DNA from: Azolla caroliniana
Lineage: Eukaryota; Plantae; Polypodiophyta
Direction of reading: 5' to 3'
Assembly: GCA_043228905.1 (NCBI GenBank)
Contig: JBHGNT010000013.1
Span: 19,964,001-20,028,000, forward strand
Length of the DNA stretch: 64,000 bases
A program made the position numbers and the translations under genes. Below are positions 12,099 to 23,921 of this stretch, piece by piece. The notes beneath the pieces were generated by a model. The model did not search any database. It was not told the origin of the DNA and saw only the letters and a program-made list of their open reading frames with translations. Positions within the stretch are counted from its first letter, which is position 1, and each line of letters begins with the position of its first letter.

Positions 12099-13712
12099 AT
12101 GAGTGCAAAAACACACGAGATGTCCACACACACCCTAGGCTCCCGGCCACATGCCATGGTCATCCCATTTCCGGCACAAGGCCACATCGGCCCCATGATG
12201 CATCTCTCCATCAAGCTCGCAAAGGAGGCCGGATTCGTAATAACTTTCGTGAACACACACCACCACCACACATTACTCGAAAAGCTCCTCGAGCCGCGTT
12301 TCCGTGAACAGGGTCTCGATGATATCCACCTGGCCGAAGTTGTGAATGCCGGACGCGACAGTGGAGACACCACCGGTGCCCAGAGCATTGTGGAGCTCTG
12401 CGAAGCCTTCTTTAAATTAACACCTGCCTTTGAGTCTCTGGTCGAATCGCTTCTCCCACGCCCAACGGGCCATCGAGAGGATTATGTCTCCACTACCTGG
12501 CATCCTTCTCGTAAGTCTTCTTCCCTCCCACCTCTCACTTGTATTATATCCGATTTATTCCTCTACTTCACGCAAGACATAGCCAAGAAATATGGCCTCA
12601 AATACGTGGCATTCTGGACGGCCTCTGCCGGTATGCTGGCGACCACCATGTCGGTGGTGGCACACGACCATCGTGCACCGCCTCCAGATCACGAACACGT
12701 GCAGGAGCCTCTCATCACGTGGATCCCCGGCGTGCCACCGTTGAAGAGGAGCGAGATCAACGAATTCCTTCTCAATCCGGATCCAGAAGATCTCATGTAC
12801 GACATCTACCACACGTCCTACAAGCGTCTGCGGGAGGCAACGTGCATCGTGATCAACACATTGGAGGAGCTGGAGGCAGAGCCATTGGCAGCCCTGCGGA
12901 AAGACAACGAGCCGGTGGAGATCTGCTCGGTGGGGCCGCTGTTGCCCGATCCCTACTTTAAGACGGGAGATCGTGGCGGGCAGTACATAGCGGAGCTCAA
13001 GGCCTACCCAATGGCGGCACTGTGGAAGGAGGACGACAAGTGCGTGGAATGGTTGAACAGGCAAGATCCGGGGTCTGTGCTGTATGTGTCGTTTGGGAGC
13101 ATCACGATCATGAGCGGGGAGCAGTTCGAGGAGCTGGCCATGGGATTAGAAGGGAGCGGGAGCCCTGTACTGTGGGTCATCCGGCCAGACCTCATGGCCG
13201 GGTCCGGCGGCCGGGCCAATTTCCCAGACGGCTTTTTGGAGAGGACCAAAGACCGCGTGTTCATCGTAGAATGGGCGCCCCAACTGCAAGTGCTTGCCCA
13301 CCCCTCAGTCGGTGGATTCCTTACACACTGCGGTTGGAACTCGACCCTAGAGAGCATCTCCGCAGGTGTCCCCACACTGGGCTGGCCGTATTTCGCGGAC
13401 CAAATGCTCAACAACCGTTGCCTCATGGACAAATGGGGGCTAGGTCTTGAATTCAAACGAGGAGACCACGTTATCGTCCGACGTGATGAGGTTGCGCGTA
13501 AGGTTCGTACGCTCATGATTAGAAATGATGGTGAGGATCCGCCGGCACAACACAAGGCATCGGCGATTGGTTGGCAGGACTCAGGAGGCCGCCCAAGTGG
13601 CAGTTCATACCCTCAATGGGTCTTCCAATGTAGGCTTTGCTCATCTTATCAAGTTAATTATTGGCTAGACACCTATTGGCCCTTGTTATCATTACTTTAC
13701 TTATTTATATAA
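12099..13712 (+). CDS. UDP-glycosyltransferase GT1 (copy 2); frameshift near the 3' end replaces the terminal helix (possible pseudogene)
   Basis: Close paralog of copy 1 with an intact PSPG box. A 7-bp insertion at 13575-13581 shifts the frame. The homologous tail EAAQVAVHTLNGSSNVGFAHLIKLIIG* lies in another frame and ends at TAG 13666-13668. Confidence 0.85.
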   Translation: MSAKTHEMSTHTLGSRPHAMVIPFPAQGHIGPMMHLSIKLAKEAGFVITFVNTHHHHTLLEKLLEPRFREQGLDDIHLAEVVNAGRDSGDTTGAQSIVELCEAFFKLTPAFESLVESLLPRPTGHREDYVSTTWHPSRKSSSLPPLTCIISDLFLYFTQDIAKKYGLKYVAFWTASAGMLATTMSVVAHDHRAPPPDHEHVQEPLITWIPGVPPLKRSEINEFLLNPDPEDLMYDIYHTSYKRLREATCIVINTLEELEAEPLAALRKDNEPVEICSVGPLLPDPYFKTGDRGGQYIAELKAYPMAALWKEDDKCVEWLNRQDPGSVLYVSFGSITIMSGEQFEELAMGLEGSGSPVLWVIRPDLMAGSGGRANFPDGFLERTKDRVFIVEWAPQLQVLAHPSVGGFLTHCGWNSTLESISAGVPTLGWPYFADQMLNNRCLMDKWGLGLEFKRGDHVIVRRDEVARKVRTLMIRNDGEDPPAQHKASAIGWQDSGGRPSGSSYPQWVFQCRLCSSYQVNYWLDTYWPLLSLLYLFI

Positions 13713-16354
13713 AGAAATAAAAAAAAGAAAACACATTTCGTTAGAACTAAAGTTGCTATGGGAACTATTCGAATCTGATTATCCCATAACGCTCTTATAG
13801 TCAACGTATGTAAGTAGAGTATTTTATATATACATAGTGCGTGGCAAAGAAAGTCTTACTTGTCTTGTATCTCTCTTGAAGACCATTTCCAATTGTTTAA
13901 CATATAATGAAACCTTTTAGTTACACATCGATCAATATATTTCCATTTTGACAAAAACTCAAATTTGGTTTCATACTTTAGTTAGCAAAAAGCAATTATT
14001 GGTTTTAGTTTTCTTTCGAGATCACATTCATCTAGGATCTTGATCTATTACTAAACTTGATGTCTAAGTGTCACGACATCAATATTAGTTGTGTCAAAAT
14101 GTAATTAATATATGCATAGGTATTGTGATTTGTATGAATTGAGTGATTAGCTAAGTAGCGAGCTTCATACTAATGAGGTATAATGTCAAATGGATCTTGT
14201 TGGGATTTAAGATGATTCTTACATCCTTTTAACTTGTTATTGCAAATGGTTTATCTCTAAATAATCAATCCATGTATTTAATTCTTATGTTTGAGCCAAT
14301 GTGTCATAATGCCCCTTTGAAAGAAATCACTATCCATTGCATAGTAAAGAACATGCCACATTGCCAAGGTCACATAGTTTAAGGATGATAACAATAGTAC
14401 AAACATAATGAGGACATATACACTTCATAGAATACGAGCTTTTAAAGATAGGAATGTAATGTCCGTAATTAACAGTTGATGAGCAAAACACTTTATAACA
14501 TCTCAACCACGTCCAAGATAATGTGTGAGCTATTCGTAACATAAATATTCTATAGTGTCCTAGGTTCCCAACTAACCCCCAAGGAAAGCAACATCAAAGT
14601 AATAATTGGTTTTACCCATTTTCTTGAAAAGCTTTGCAACTTTCTATGACAAAGTGATGGGGTTAGGAACCACAAATTATGTACAAATGCCATGATATGG
14701 TTATGTCATTTACATCTTACACCTAATGATATGGTATGTATAGGTAGCATACACAGTGATAAAACACAAAGCTGTTATGTTATTAAATCTTACATAGATT
14801 ATGACATTTTATTAATAGGTGGTATGCCTCTTTAAGATGAAGATGGTTTCATATACTTCGCAAATATATTTGTTGAAGAACCTTCTAAATATCTTCCTTG
14901 AAGCATATGGGGATGTACCTCGACATCTTGAAGGTTTTTATTGTCAACCATGCACTCATATTCTTGCATTGGTTAGATTTTGGTTTTAAAACGTTATTAT
15001 TATTCTGAAAATCACTCTGGGTACATGACAAAATTTTGAATGATTTGTTTTTGTCTCCCCTCGTCAATTTCAACTCATGCATTTATTTCACGGAAACTAG
15101 AGTATCAATAACTGTGTTAACAATTCAAAGCTAAGAAACTATAGTTGTTCATGATGGCATATTAGAATGATCTCTATCATTCTATGTAATCTATACATAT
15201 ATTTATAATCAAAGAAAGTTGTGTATCTATATATATTTATAATAATAATAACTAGTGTGTTAACCTTCAAAAATTAACAAATAAATATCTTGTTTATCTT
15301 AAACATAGAGGGCATATCTTGTGTTGTTTTGTGAGGTACATGGATGGCAAATTAGAATTGTGTGTACATATGTTAGAGGAATATTGCCATCAACCCAAAT
15401 AAAAGAAGATTGGTATACATCATATGAACAATACTCATTGAAACCACAAGTACAAATTTGATCTAGGAAGGCTTTGCTTCCTCTACATTGACATGTTATT
15501 GATCTTATCATAGAGATTTGGTCTCCAAAATAACAATGACAACGATTAATCTTGATGCTCTTGTGGAGAAATGTGTCATGGTACAAATCCATTTGTGTGA
15601 TGATGGTTTATTAATTATCCATTGAGTATTGCCTTACATGAAACCAAGGCAAGTCATAATCCTATCAAAAATCATTTGAAAGTCCAATGTACACCTTGGC
15701 TTAATATAATCTCCATATCACATCAATTCTAACATGATAGTTCCATGTAAACCCTACTCATAAACAAACCCGACATGAAATTTCCATGTAATGGTCTCGA
15801 ACTCACATGAACAACATAATATGAGATTTCATTTGTCTTTCTTTTTGTATCTAATAAAAATAGAAGACACAAACATAAATGCGTCTTACCTTGAATTGAA
15901 TAATATCCTAATCATGATATACGGTATCATTAAACTTTATAGATTGCATATGCAAAACAAATGTTGAAACACAAGTGATTTAAATTTGAAATTTCCTTCA
16001 TATGCATATAACCATCATGACCCAATGACATGACCATCATTAACCAAACCACATCACCCTTGTTGAACTCCAACCTAATATGCGTGTAGTATTTCGGGTT
16101 CATAAAGGAAGGCTTTTTGCTTGAACCACCAATATAATGAAATGTTGTCATAAAATTTAAAATACCATTTAGATATACATACAAATACAACATACGTATA
16201 CAAATGCATTCAACTCTCACACAATCATGCCCCAATAATGGAGATCAATAATAATAGTGCGTATTTTTGTGTGAGCGACCTTGTGTGTTATCCAAAAGTA
16301 GATATATGTACTCCACCCAAAATTTTGAGTGGAGGGAAGGAAACACGAGACGAG

Positions 16355-17916
16355 ATGGTGCCCAGCTGCAGCCTCGGCCCAAAGAAGCCACATGCCTTGG
16401 TCATCCCATTCCCAGTACAAGGCCACATCGGCCCAATGATGCATCTCTCCATCAAGCTCGCAACTGAAGCCGGATTCGTCATAACTTTCGTCAACACACA
16501 CCACCACCACGCATTCCTCAAGGAGCTCCTCGAGCCGCGTTTCCGTGAACACGGTCTCCATCATATCCACCTCGCCCAAGTCGTGAATGCCGGCTGTGCG
16601 AGTGGCGACTCCACCGGCGCCAAGAGCATCCCTGAGCTCTGCGCTTCCTTCTTCAAATTAACCCCGGCCTTCGAAGACTTGTGGTCGAATCGCTACTCCT
16701 GGCCGGCCATCATCAAATTGGTACAAATGCGTCCTCTAACTCCGCTTCTTCCCTCCCGCCTCTCACTTGTATTATATCCGATTTATACATCTACTTCATG
16801 CACGACATCGCCGCCAAATATGGGCTCAAACACATGGCATTTTGGACGGCCTCCACCGGGATGCTAGCTACCACTATGTCCGTGGTAGCGCATGGTCATC
16901 GGGCCCCACCTCCAGATCACGAACATGTGCACGAGCGTCTCATCACGTGGGTCCCCGGTGTGCCACCATTGAAGAGGAGCGAGGTCAACGGATTCCTGCT
17001 TAATCCGGATCCAGAAGATCTCATGTACTACATCAACATGACATCTTACGAGCGCCTGCGTGAGGCGACATGCATTGTGATCAACACATTCGAGGAGCTC
17101 GACGCAGAATCGCTAGCAGCCCTACGGAAAGACAATGAGCCAGTGGAGATATACTCCGTTGGTCCTCTATTGCCCGACTCCTACTTCACTACATTGGAAA
17201 CTACAGAGAAGGCAGGCAATGGTAGCATCACAGTTGGGCTCGAGTCCTACCCAATGGCGGCACTGTGGAAGGAGGACGACAAGTGCGTGGAATGGTTGAA
17301 CAGGCAAGATCCAGGGTCTGTGCTGTATGTGTCTTTTGGGAGCATCACGATCATGAGCGGGGAGCAGTTCGAGGAGCTGGCCATGGGATTAGACGGGAGC
17401 GGGAGCCCTGTACTGTGGGTCATCCGGCCGGATCTCATGGCCGGGTCCGGCGGCCAGGCCAATTTCCCGGACGGCTTTTTGGAGAGGACCAAAGACCGTG
17501 TGTTCATCGTACAATGGGCACCCCAACTGCAAGTGCTTACACACCCCTCTGTGGGGGGATTCCTTACACATTGCGGTTGGAACTCGACCCTAGAGAGCAT
17601 CTCCGCAGGTGTCCCCACACTGGGCTGGCCATATTTCGCGGACCAAATGCTCAACAACCGTTGCCTCGTAGACAAATGGGGGCTAGGTCTCGAATTCGAA
17701 CGAGACCTTGATGAAAAGAATAACATCATCGTGCGAGGTGATGAGGTGGCACGGAAGGTTGGTGCACTTATGAGGAGACATGCTTATGGAGATCCCCTTA
17801 CACCACACAAGAAACAGGCGGCTCGTTGGTGGGATGCAGCCCGAGAAGCAGTTCAAACTCCAAATGGGTCTTCAAGTCTTGCATTTTCTCGGGTTGTCAA
17901 GTCAATGCTTGGCTAG
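16355..17916 (+). pseudogene. UDP-glycosyltransferase GT1 (copy 3), frameshifted at ~16680
   Basis: The N-terminal part (ORF 16238-16867) and C-terminal part (ORF 16681-17916) are in different frames. gacttgTGgtcgaa carries 2 extra nt versus the paralogs. The codon aligned to the paralog start ATG is TTG (16325). The PSPG box is intact. Confidence 0.85.
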
Positions 17917-18676
17917 ATACCACTCACTCTTATTGATATCATTATTATTGTTTAATTATTTATTGAAATAAGGCCAATTAGTGCGCAAATTCATGGACCG
18001 TGTTTGACAGTGGGTTCAAATATTTGAAGCAAATTTTATTAGTGGTCAAATATATATATCTGTCTAATGGCTTTATTACAAAAGAAGGAAAAACATTTTG
18101 TGAGGAGCTAATCATGCAACTCAAAGTGTTCAAAATTGATCTAATCTAATATAGGTTATAGTTTACACAACTCTATAGGAGAACTCGTACACCCAATAAT
18201 CAATAAATACACTCACTCTCCCATCTCCAATGATCCTAAGTGTACCTTTCTTATTAGCAATCTAAGATGTCTCTCACATCCTTTAAATATTGTGGACCAC
18301 TTTCTTACTGGGAATCCTATAGAAATGGACAAGTTTGTTCAACCCCCATAATTCAGTTGAAATAGGTTAAACTTTCATCAGTTATATGCAAGCTCAAGCA
18401 ATGGCAAATAACTGCCTAATTAACTAACACATAAGACCTTCGTATATGATCATGGGTCTTAAGATCTTCTCTACTACTATTAATCTTCTATTTAATGCTT
18501 AATCTTGCAAATAAATTGGTTTGGAATGGTCCATTAAACTATGAGGTGTTGCCCATTAAACTCACTAGAAAGTATGGACATAAACAAATAAGCAAATCAT
18601 GCTTCAATTAGAGAAGATATAACACCTACAAGAAGAATAGTGTTTGGCTTAGAGTTAAGCACTAAGCACTAATCTT

Positions 18677-18678
<2 letters not shown>

Positions 18679-18723
<45 letters not shown>
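18679..18723. repeat. (AG)n microsatellite
   Basis: Perfect dinucleotide run. Confidence 0.95.
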
Positions 18724-18727
<4 letters not shown>

Positions 18728-19179
18728 ATTATTGTCTTTAAAGGTCAAATATGACATGTGAGACCAAAAATATTATATTTCATGTGATACGTGTGAAAGT
18801 GAGTAGCGACTCTCAATTTTCATGAACTTTACCAATGAATGTTGTAATCGAGAGTGCACATTGCGATTGTGAGAGAAATTCGTGCAAGGATTGGGCTTGG
18901 TCAAAGATGTGTGGAAAGTATGGTCAAATATGATCAAAGACAGAGCATTGTATCAAATTGTGATACTCAGACTCTCGAACTTGTTTAGGGCAAAGTGTGC
19001 ATAGTCGACCACTCTCATCACTTGTGCCCCAACACTCCATCTCACATCACAATGCATGTGAGCTAAGTCGCATGGAAACAATGGTTTGAATGGAAGACAA
19101 CAGCATGGACTCTAACATGTATCAATGTGTATGGTTTATGTGTTCCACGAAGAATATGGTTTAAATTTGTAGTTATGTG

Positions 19180-19710
19180 TAGCAATGGGCATGGTTTCGG
19201 CTCAAAACGAACCGAACCATTAAGCCATGGTTTAACGGTTTATTGGTTCCAAAATATTTCAATGGTTTGGTTTGGTTTCTATTTTCGATAAACGGTTCGG
19301 TTTCACTTCTAAAACTCGGGTTTATAGGTTTAAAGGTTTAAAGGTTTTTGTTTAACTTTTTTTTACCTTAATAGTTTATTGATTTAGTGGTTTAATAAAT
19401 GGTTTTTTATTGATTTAATTAATTTAACTTAAATGTTTATTTAATTTAATGTATTTTTGTTTAGTTAGATGTTTAATTAGTTTGATTTAAGTGGTTAGGT
19501 TTAAATTTTTTATTAAATGGTTTGGTTTGGTTTTAACTTTTCCCTAAACAGTTTGATTTTAAATGGTTTGGTTTCAACTTTTTCTTAAATGGTTTGGTTT
19601 AAATACTGAGGTTTCATAAACAATTTGGTTTGGTTTTTGTTTTAAATAAACGGTTTGGTTTCTTTGCCTTGAAACCGAATCGAACCGAAACTGAACCGCG
19701 CCCACCGCTA
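19180..19710. mobile_element. Non-autonomous hAT element (MITE), complete
   Basis: TIRs TAGCAATGGGC / GCCCACCGCTA. Perfect 8-bp TSD GTTATGTG at 19172-19179 and 19711-19718. Subterminal AACCG/AAACC arrays. Confidence 0.92.
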
Positions 19711-19778
19711 GTTATGTGCAACATGTGTAGTATAATATGTGAAGCGTGAGCCTCTACATTTTTCCCATGTCTGATACA

Positions 19779-21620
19779 TTAGCATTGCAAAAATGCCTCA
19801 TTTACAGAGGAATCTAGTGATGCATCATGAAGCAAATGTGTTGCATCCCATCTACCAAACCACTTTTTCATCTTGTATCCAACCGGAACACAAAATTTTG
19901 CTTTTATGCATCGTTTGTATCTTTTTGCTTGTTTCCCATGCAAATCTAGGAAGTCGATGTGAGGGACTCTTTTGAACCTTAAGCATGTATTCAACAACCC
20001 TTTCCATGGCCATGATCTCAATGGGAAGTAATCCCATCTCAAGGAGGAGGGGGATTTATTGTGTTTGTTTCTTAACTTGTAGAAACTTTGTATGAAATGT
20101 TTTTGGACATTTTAAAACTCTTTCCAAGTAGATTTAGGGATGCTACCACCCTCTAGAGAAGCATGTGTCACCAAAGTGTCGAAAAGGTATTTTTTGAAGA
20201 CCCTCTCCACGATTGCATGTATTCTCAAATGCATATAATATGCTCGCTTTCCCGCCTCTAAGTGGCATGTAGCACATTCATTCCATCTATGATTTGAAGG
20301 AACTTAAAGGCCAAGATATTTGAAGCTTTCCACACATTCAAATGGCTCATTATTATACATGATGCATGACTTATCTTTTTTTTCACTCTTCACAAGCATA
20401 ATATTTGTTTTAGAGCTATTGACACTTAATTTAATATGCATGCAAAATTTTTCCAATGTCTTCATATGCTTTTGCGCATCTCCTAAAGTATTTGTGAAAA
20501 GCATTTGCATATAGCAAAAGCATGGTGACAACAGTCGCAATTGCAACTTCTTCAACACTTTCATTTACAAACTTCGCAACCATTTCTTCCAATTCATCAA
20601 TGCATAAGCCAAATAGAGTTGGTGAGAGTGGACATCCTTACTTAACACCAATAATGCTATTGAAAAATTCTGAAAGTTTATCACTCATATGCACACAACA
20701 TATAACCCCCATATAACCTTATCATATATTCTGGAGATTGCAAGCATATATTCACTTGGCACCTCAAGTTCTTCCATTTGCCTCCAAAGAGGCTCACGAG
20801 GTACCATATCAAAAGCTTTTTTATAAAGTCTACAAAGCAACAATATAAAGCTTTACCTCCAAGCCAACTTTCCTCCATTAATACTCAAAGGGTGACAAGG
20901 TGATCAATGGTTCTATGGTGTTTTCGAAAGTCAACTTGTCCATAAGCTCTCTTACCATTTTTTCTCAGCCCATGCACTTATCTTTGATTCAATTATACGT
21001 CTAAATAGTTTTGCCATTAGCAAGCCAATCATGATGATTTGTTAGTTGTTAAGATTATTGATATCTCCACCTTTATGTAAAGGTTAGATTCAATTTGTAG
21101 TCCAATCATATGGCATACCATGTTACAATGCATGATTAAGTTACATATCACTTATCCATCATGTGCTTCCTTTCCCGTCCATTTGAGCATTTTAGCCTTT
21201 ATACGTTGAAGATCACTTGCCTTTCGAAAGACCAACTTATTAAGTCCTATGCATATATCTTCGATTGTAAAGACAAGAGACCTATGTGAAAGTGAACCAT
21301 AACACATCATCTTTCCGGCAAGAGATAGCTCATATAAATTCTTACAATGCATTGACAAGTCAAGAAGAGTTAAGTCACCATAACTCTCAACACATTTCCC
21401 CTTTAGATTTCCCCAAAATGAAGTATATGCATGTGTTTTTTCTTGTGTTTGGAGAAATTATTGAGTAACTTCCCATATTCTTCTCTTTTTTTGAATAAGT
21501 CTTTTGTACTCATGCAAATGCTTTTGGTAATTTTCTTTATCCTTAACTACATCCAAAATTATAAGGAGCTTTCGAGCTTCATGAAATTCTTTATCAAACC
21601 ATGTTTTCTTTGAACTACAT
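19779..21620 (-). mobile_element. Decayed non-LTR retrotransposon (RTE-like LINE ORF2 / reverse transcriptase remnant)
   Basis: Minus-strand fragments LYCCFVDF, GVK*GCPLSPTLFGLCIDELEEMV, KLSVNSSKTNIM...VESFKYLGL and HRLPRFAW, with many stops and frameshifts. Confidence 0.8.
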
Positions 21621-23921
21621 TTCTTGATTCATTTCCAAGATGTGTGCTTGGTTGAAAAACATTTGTTTGTGCATGAGAGTGTGTTTTCTACATGTAAAAC
21701 CCCAGAGAGAGAGAGAAAGAGAGAGAGTGAGAGAGAGAGAGAGAGAGAGACTAGGCTAAATCTGAAGGTTCAAGAAGTATGACTAAAAATGCACAAATTT
21801 GACCTTAATAGTCTTAATTATTGACGCGCTTCATACTTGTGTGGCCCCAAGTCTTTAACTCTCTAGGCATCCCTCTTGTGTGCTCTTCTCTTATACCTAA
21901 AGGTACATCCTTGGTACCAATCTAAATAACTTTGTTGATTTGTCAAAAGGTATGACACATACTTAACATCCCTCAAACCTAATGAGTGTGCATTGTTGGG
22001 TACATTGTGTCAAATATTGTTACACAAATCTTCATTCAAGATGTGAGGAAGGGTCCAGAAGAAAGGGAGTGGTTAACGTAGAACTGGATGTCATTTACAT
22101 GAATGAGGATAAACTGAAGTATATGGAAGGTGTTGTAAGTGGGATGGGGAATTTGGGCGTTAGGATGGTTAGCTGCATTTAGAGACTGGTCATTTGGCGC
22201 TCAATAAGACCTCATTTAGGTCATAAGTGAGGCCATAACTATAGTGGATATACTTGTGGAAGCGTGAAGCTCAAATGGGACTCGAGATAAATTGAGGTTT
22301 GGATGTTAGATTCATAGATATGAATGTATTTATCTACAAAGTTCTTCATGACCTAGAGCATCCTAGCTTCCCAATGTTTATTTTCATGAGGACAAGGGAA
22401 GATTGGCAAATGAAAGAGGAGCGTATGACATGTTTGGCTCAAGATGAGATAATTGGTCAATATCAATCCTCTGAACAAGGAATTAAATGTTTGATGGATC
22501 CTTGTAGGATAGCGGGAAGTAATATTACCTATCAATCAAGTGACCTAGGTTAAATCCTCCATAACAATGCCAAAATATCTCAAGAGAGTACATGTCTTCT
22601 TTTCGGTCCAAATTATCTCTCCTTGCCAAAATCATATCTTGGGGCCGAGACTTGGAACAATTGGCAAGTGCATCCAACCTGTTTTCATTCATGGAAATTT
22701 GAAGGTATAGAAAGTATTTATGACATTTATCACCAAGTGCTCTTGGCCATCATGGATCATTAGAAATTACGAGCATTTGCAAAACGTAATGGAATATTCT
22801 CTCCACCATATCAATCTCTTTGATCACAAGAAATTGAGATACGTGTGTGCATGCACAACTTATCTTGCCTAAATACCTTGCTTCCATTGCTTAATTCAAT
22901 GGTGTTGTCTAGCCTATTTATCTAGCTAGATGGATGAAAATATAATGGTGTTTCTAGTAAGGTTCTATGTCAATACTCTCTAGGACCAAGAGCATTCTTG
23001 TACCATCAATAATTGTTAAGACCTACCTACAAAAGAATCACATCCTCTCCATAAAGCATTGTGAGCAACCATTTGTTGCTGAATCCCTTCACCTTTACTG
23101 TCTCTCATAACACTAAAAAATAGTGTCCAAAGAAGGTTGGGGACAGCAAATGCCCTTTTTCACTCCAGTAGTTATATCAAGGTTATATGATAATCCATAC
23201 ATACATTGCAGATGGAGAGATTATGTGTTGGGTGTGAGAAAAAAATGAAGTGAGATGTTCAACGTGCTATACTGACCCACAAGACCAAAGTCACATCCAT
23301 CTGAACCTCATAGAAGTCTCAAAAAGAAAGTAAAAATAAACCATACTTGAACTAAGTTAGGTTCCAAATGTGAATTTGATGTTCATTGGTATAGAAACCA
23401 TGGGTACACGTAATGCGAAATGAAATTGACAACAAGAATGTAAGTGCATTAGAGTGTCCCATGCATGGAAACATGCACATAGAGAACCTTCAAGCATAGT
23501 AGTTGGTCTGCATGTATATAAATGCACATCTCGTCTATACATCTTTATTTTACCCCTCCCTTTCTACTTAAACTTTCTCCTTTTCCATTCTATTTGGCAT
23601 GTTTACATTAATGTTCCCCTTAGGCAAATTAAAAAGTACATTAAATATGTAATAGGGGCTTCAATATTCTTAACTACATTTATAATCATGGTAGAATGCA
23701 CGATTGATTAAGAGATATTTAGATATTAAATCAACGAAAAAGCTGGTACAGTAACTCAATACATGTAAACGTTTAGGCAGCATACAAACTTTCGCACGAA
23801 GATTTATTCGAGATTATTTATGAGCGTTACAGAAAACATAGACATAGATGCTCAAGGTTCTCTTTTATCTGCAGCAGGGTTGGCCCAAATCTTCTATCCG
23901 TATATAATTGATATAGAAAGT

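Noticed and set aside
9346-17729. Long overlapping and antisense ORFs repeated in each UGT (e.g. 9346-10308, 13004-13555)
   Set aside because: Expected by-product of high GC3. They recur only because the host genes are paralogs.
19180-19710. AACCG/GGTTT arrays as CRISPR-like or telomere-like repeats
   Set aside because: Irregular spacing, no unique spacers, no cas genes, not TTTAGGG arrays. They are bounded by TIRs and 8-bp TSDs, so they are MITE subterminal repeats.
21900-23350. Coding-like composition between the LINE and ENOD93
   Set aside because: No recognisable domain in any frame; probably old TE debris.
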